From Octopus sinensis (taxonomy: Eukaryota): a DNA stretch of 64,000 nucleotides. The translations under genes and the position numbers were made by a program. Shown here one piece after another: positions 60,963 through 64,000 of this stretch; position 1 is the first letter of the stretch, and each line of letters starts with the position of its first letter. The stretch spans positions 26,660,001 through 26,724,000 of the forward strand of contig NC_042998.1 in NCBI RefSeq assembly GCF_006345805.1. Reading direction: 5' to 3'. Under the pieces are notes generated by a model. That model had not been told where the DNA came from. It ran no database searches and saw nothing but the letters and a program-made list of their open reading frames with translations.

Positions 60963-61552
60963 CAGATTAACAACTAGAGATCAGACAATTTTGCATGAAA
61001 ATATTACTGGTAAAGATACGGGATGAATTAAGTTCAAAGATTTCTTATCTTGGGATCATTTCGTTTACGGTCAGACTCGGCAAAGGGAATTTGAAATCAA
61101 GAATGAGGCAGGTTACTTTATGGGCTAGCTAAGAATGCTTAGCAATGGAGAGGAGTAGGAAGAGGAGGCCAAACAATGTGAAAGAGGGGGAGAGAAGGAA
61201 AGAGAGAAAGTGGCACCCCGCGAAGAATCGGCAGCCATTTCAATCAGCCCTGTAAGGGAGATCTTAAATATCTATTCTATATTTTAGCGAGACGAGAGGC
61301 TTAATCGATATACAACGATAACTAAAGAATTATACAGAATATGCAATACGAGGCTGAAATAATAAACAGAGTGACGACTAGGGATCAGAATAATAATAAT
61401 AATAATAATAATAAACAGATTAACAACTAGAGATCAGACAATTTTGCATGAAAATATTACTGGTAAAGATACGGGATGAATTAAGTTCAAAGATTCTTAT
61501 CTTGGGATCATTTCGTTTACGGTCAGACTCGGCAAAGGAATTTGAAATCAAG

Positions 61553-61553
<1 letters not shown>
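60899..61553 (+). repeat. ~200-bp direct duplication (60899-61102 and 61361-61553)
   Basis: The copies differ only in (AAT)n length and single-base homopolymer indels. Confidence 0.92.
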
Positions 61554-61613
<60 letters not shown>

Positions 61614-62140
61614 TGTAACAATAATTTCATGTATAGTTTAAATTCTAAAAGGTCTTCTAAATTACACTGGATATCTAACCCAGTTGTGAAACTAGATGCT
61701 GTCATTAATCCACAGGGATATCAACAACCAGGAAAGGTGATCCTAAACTCTAGTTTCCATTTGGTTAAAGCTTTGTCAGGAGGTGTTTACTTCCTCCTAG
61801 CTTCTGAGAGAGCTTAGTAAATACTACTGTTAAAACATGTTGTGTCAGTAATCCTATCAATTAACGTGAGGGGCTAGTTTTACACTGCTATGTAAATAAG
61901 GTCAGCACTTCGCATAATTTTTTGAAGTCCAACAAAAGCTTAAGTTAAGTACTATCATTGAAACCCATCAAACATTTTAGAAAAGCTCATATTACACCTT
62001 CACACACTCTCTCCAGTAAATCACAGCTTGCTACATTCAACCACTGTATTACTACTTCAAGCCTTATACAAGAAATACTTAATGGTTTCAACAACAACAA
62101 CAGCAGCAGCAACAACAGCAACAAAAATCTTGCATATACC

Positions 62141-62609
62141 TATTTCTTTATTGCCCACAAGGGGCTAAACACAGAGGGGACAAACAAGGACAGACAAACG
62201 GATTGAGTCAATTATATCGACCCCAGTGCATAACTGGTACTTAATTTATTGACCCCGAAAGGATGAAAGGTAAAGTCGACCTTGGCGGAATTTGAACTCA
62301 GAATGTAATGCCAGGCGAAATACGGCTACTCATTTCGCCCAGTGTGCTTAATGTTTCTGCCAGCTTGCCGCCTTTATTTCTTTATTGCCCACAAGGGGCT
62401 AAACATAGAGGGGACAAACAGGGACAGATAAAGGGGTTAAGTCGATTACATCGACCCCAGTGCGTAACTGGTACTTAATTTATCGACCCCGAAAGGATGA
62501 AAGGCAAAGTTGACCTCGGCGGAATTTGAACTCAGAATGTAAAGACAGACGAAATACCGCTAAACATTTGGCTCGGCATGGTAACGTTTCTGCCAGCTCA
62601 CCGCCTTTC
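62141..62609 (-). mobile_element. Head-to-tail dimer of SINE family C flanked by one 15-bp TSD
   Basis: AATCTTGCATATACC at 62126-62140 and 62610-62624. Confidence 0.92.
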
Positions 62610-63184
62610 AATCTTGCATATACCATTACATCAACCATTTCCTAATACCCTTTTATACACACAATACTCAACAAGTCCTTAAGAAACAAACCAAAACACT
62701 GGCTAGTGAACTGCCAGTCACTTTGGCAAGCTTATCTACAATCTGCAACTTCCTGAAAGGGATATCTATCCTCAGCAACATTTCTTAACTTCTACGTAAA
62801 TGACCTTTCTCAATCTCCATGAAAGAAAGCCTCACACAAAGAAGACATCTCATTCACATCTTTCTCTCTCACCATACTATCCAGACACTTCAGCTGAAAC
62901 CCCCACCTTCGCAAACATTATACTAATCAGCCAAAAATTTCAGCTCTAAACTAGAAATTAAGTTACTTTATCCAAGTCTCATAGCTACAAGATAATTTCA
63001 GGATAAATTTAAAACAATGTGAATTTTTAAAATATTACATTTGATAAAATAATCATTTTACTCAAAAATCAACCCAAGCAGGCCCCTAGGTGTTATCTAT
63101 GCAAGGGGTCAGAAGAAAGAAGTGACATTAAAGCCAAGTCCACTCTCTTCTTTAGCTACATTGAATATTTGTGACATCAGTTTA

Positions 63185-63482
63185 CATCATCATCATAATC
63201 ATCATCATTGTTTAATGTCCGTTTTCCATGCTGGCATGGGTTGGACTGTTTGACTTGGGACTGGCAAGCCAGGAGGCCACACCAGGCTCCAATCTGATCT
63301 GGCAATGTTTCTACAGCTGCATGCCTTTCCTAATGCCAACCACTCTGAGAGTGTAGTGGATGCTTTTTACGTGCCACCAGCATGGGAGCCAGTCAGGAGG
63401 CACTGGCATCAGCCACGTTCAGATGGTGCTTTTTACATGCCACTGGCAGGGGGAGCCAGTCAGGCAACACTGGCAACAACGT
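63185..63482 (-). mobile_element. RTE LINE 3' end with VNTR
   Basis: (CAT)n...TTTTCCATGCTGGCATGGGTTGGAC...CCTAATGCCAACCACTCTGAGAGTGTAGTGG. Confidence 0.9.
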
Positions 63483-64000
63483 ATGGGTAAATGAGTAAAC
63501 AGAATTATACAATCCTCTCACACATATACACTCATCTATGTTTATACTATACATATATATAAATATTGCGTGTGAGTATGTGTATGAATATAGATGCATA
63601 CAAGCAAGCATACAACCAGCATCTTAAGATATGCATGCCATGTGATTTATGTAAAAGCATGTACATGCACTTAAACAATAGAAACCAGCCTTTATATGTA
63701 AAGGTTTTTATATATTGATATAAAGGCATTTACGTATAAAGGCTTTTCGTAGCAACCTGAATAAACTAATACAAATGAAGAACAGGTGAGATTGAAACAG
63801 AAAAGGGATTAAGGAAGTGATTAAGTATAATGTATAAGAGTAAATCCATGTTCATAAAATATCTGGAATCTCAGAGAGGAAAATACAGTGTACAGAGAAG
63901 ATAATCATGTGTTAGACTTATTTAAATGTAAGCCGTTGTTTAATTTTAATGTAGAGCATATGTCATTAAATGAGACGTGAATCTGTAGCTGCCTCTTTCA

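Overview
This is very AT-rich, repeat-dense eukaryotic DNA. The SINE families, the RTE 3' ends and the abundant (TA)n/(CA)n tracts resemble an Octopus (coleoid cephalopod) genome; that species call is my inference from recognising repeats, not a database result. No intact protein-coding gene can be identified. A few weak, phase-compatible exon candidates suggest two convergent gene ends near 5-8.5 kb. Most of the window is decayed mobile DNA: several tRNA-derived SINE families, many 5'-truncated RTE-clade LINE ends carrying a ~62-bp VNTR, degraded LINE RT fragments, a Penelope-like element (GIY-YIG domain), an internally deleted Ty3/Gypsy element, a full-length but dead mariner with two nested insertions, Tc1-like fragments, and hAT, piggyBac-like and mariner MITEs. 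The most notable observation is a set of minimal type-I hammerhead-ribozyme motifs in 4-5 distinct sequence families (about 8 copies). They sit in short repeats inside microsatellites, some as direct repeats around non-coding DNA and some beside inverted copies. This fits a population of non-autonomous Penelope-derived or retrozyme-like elements.
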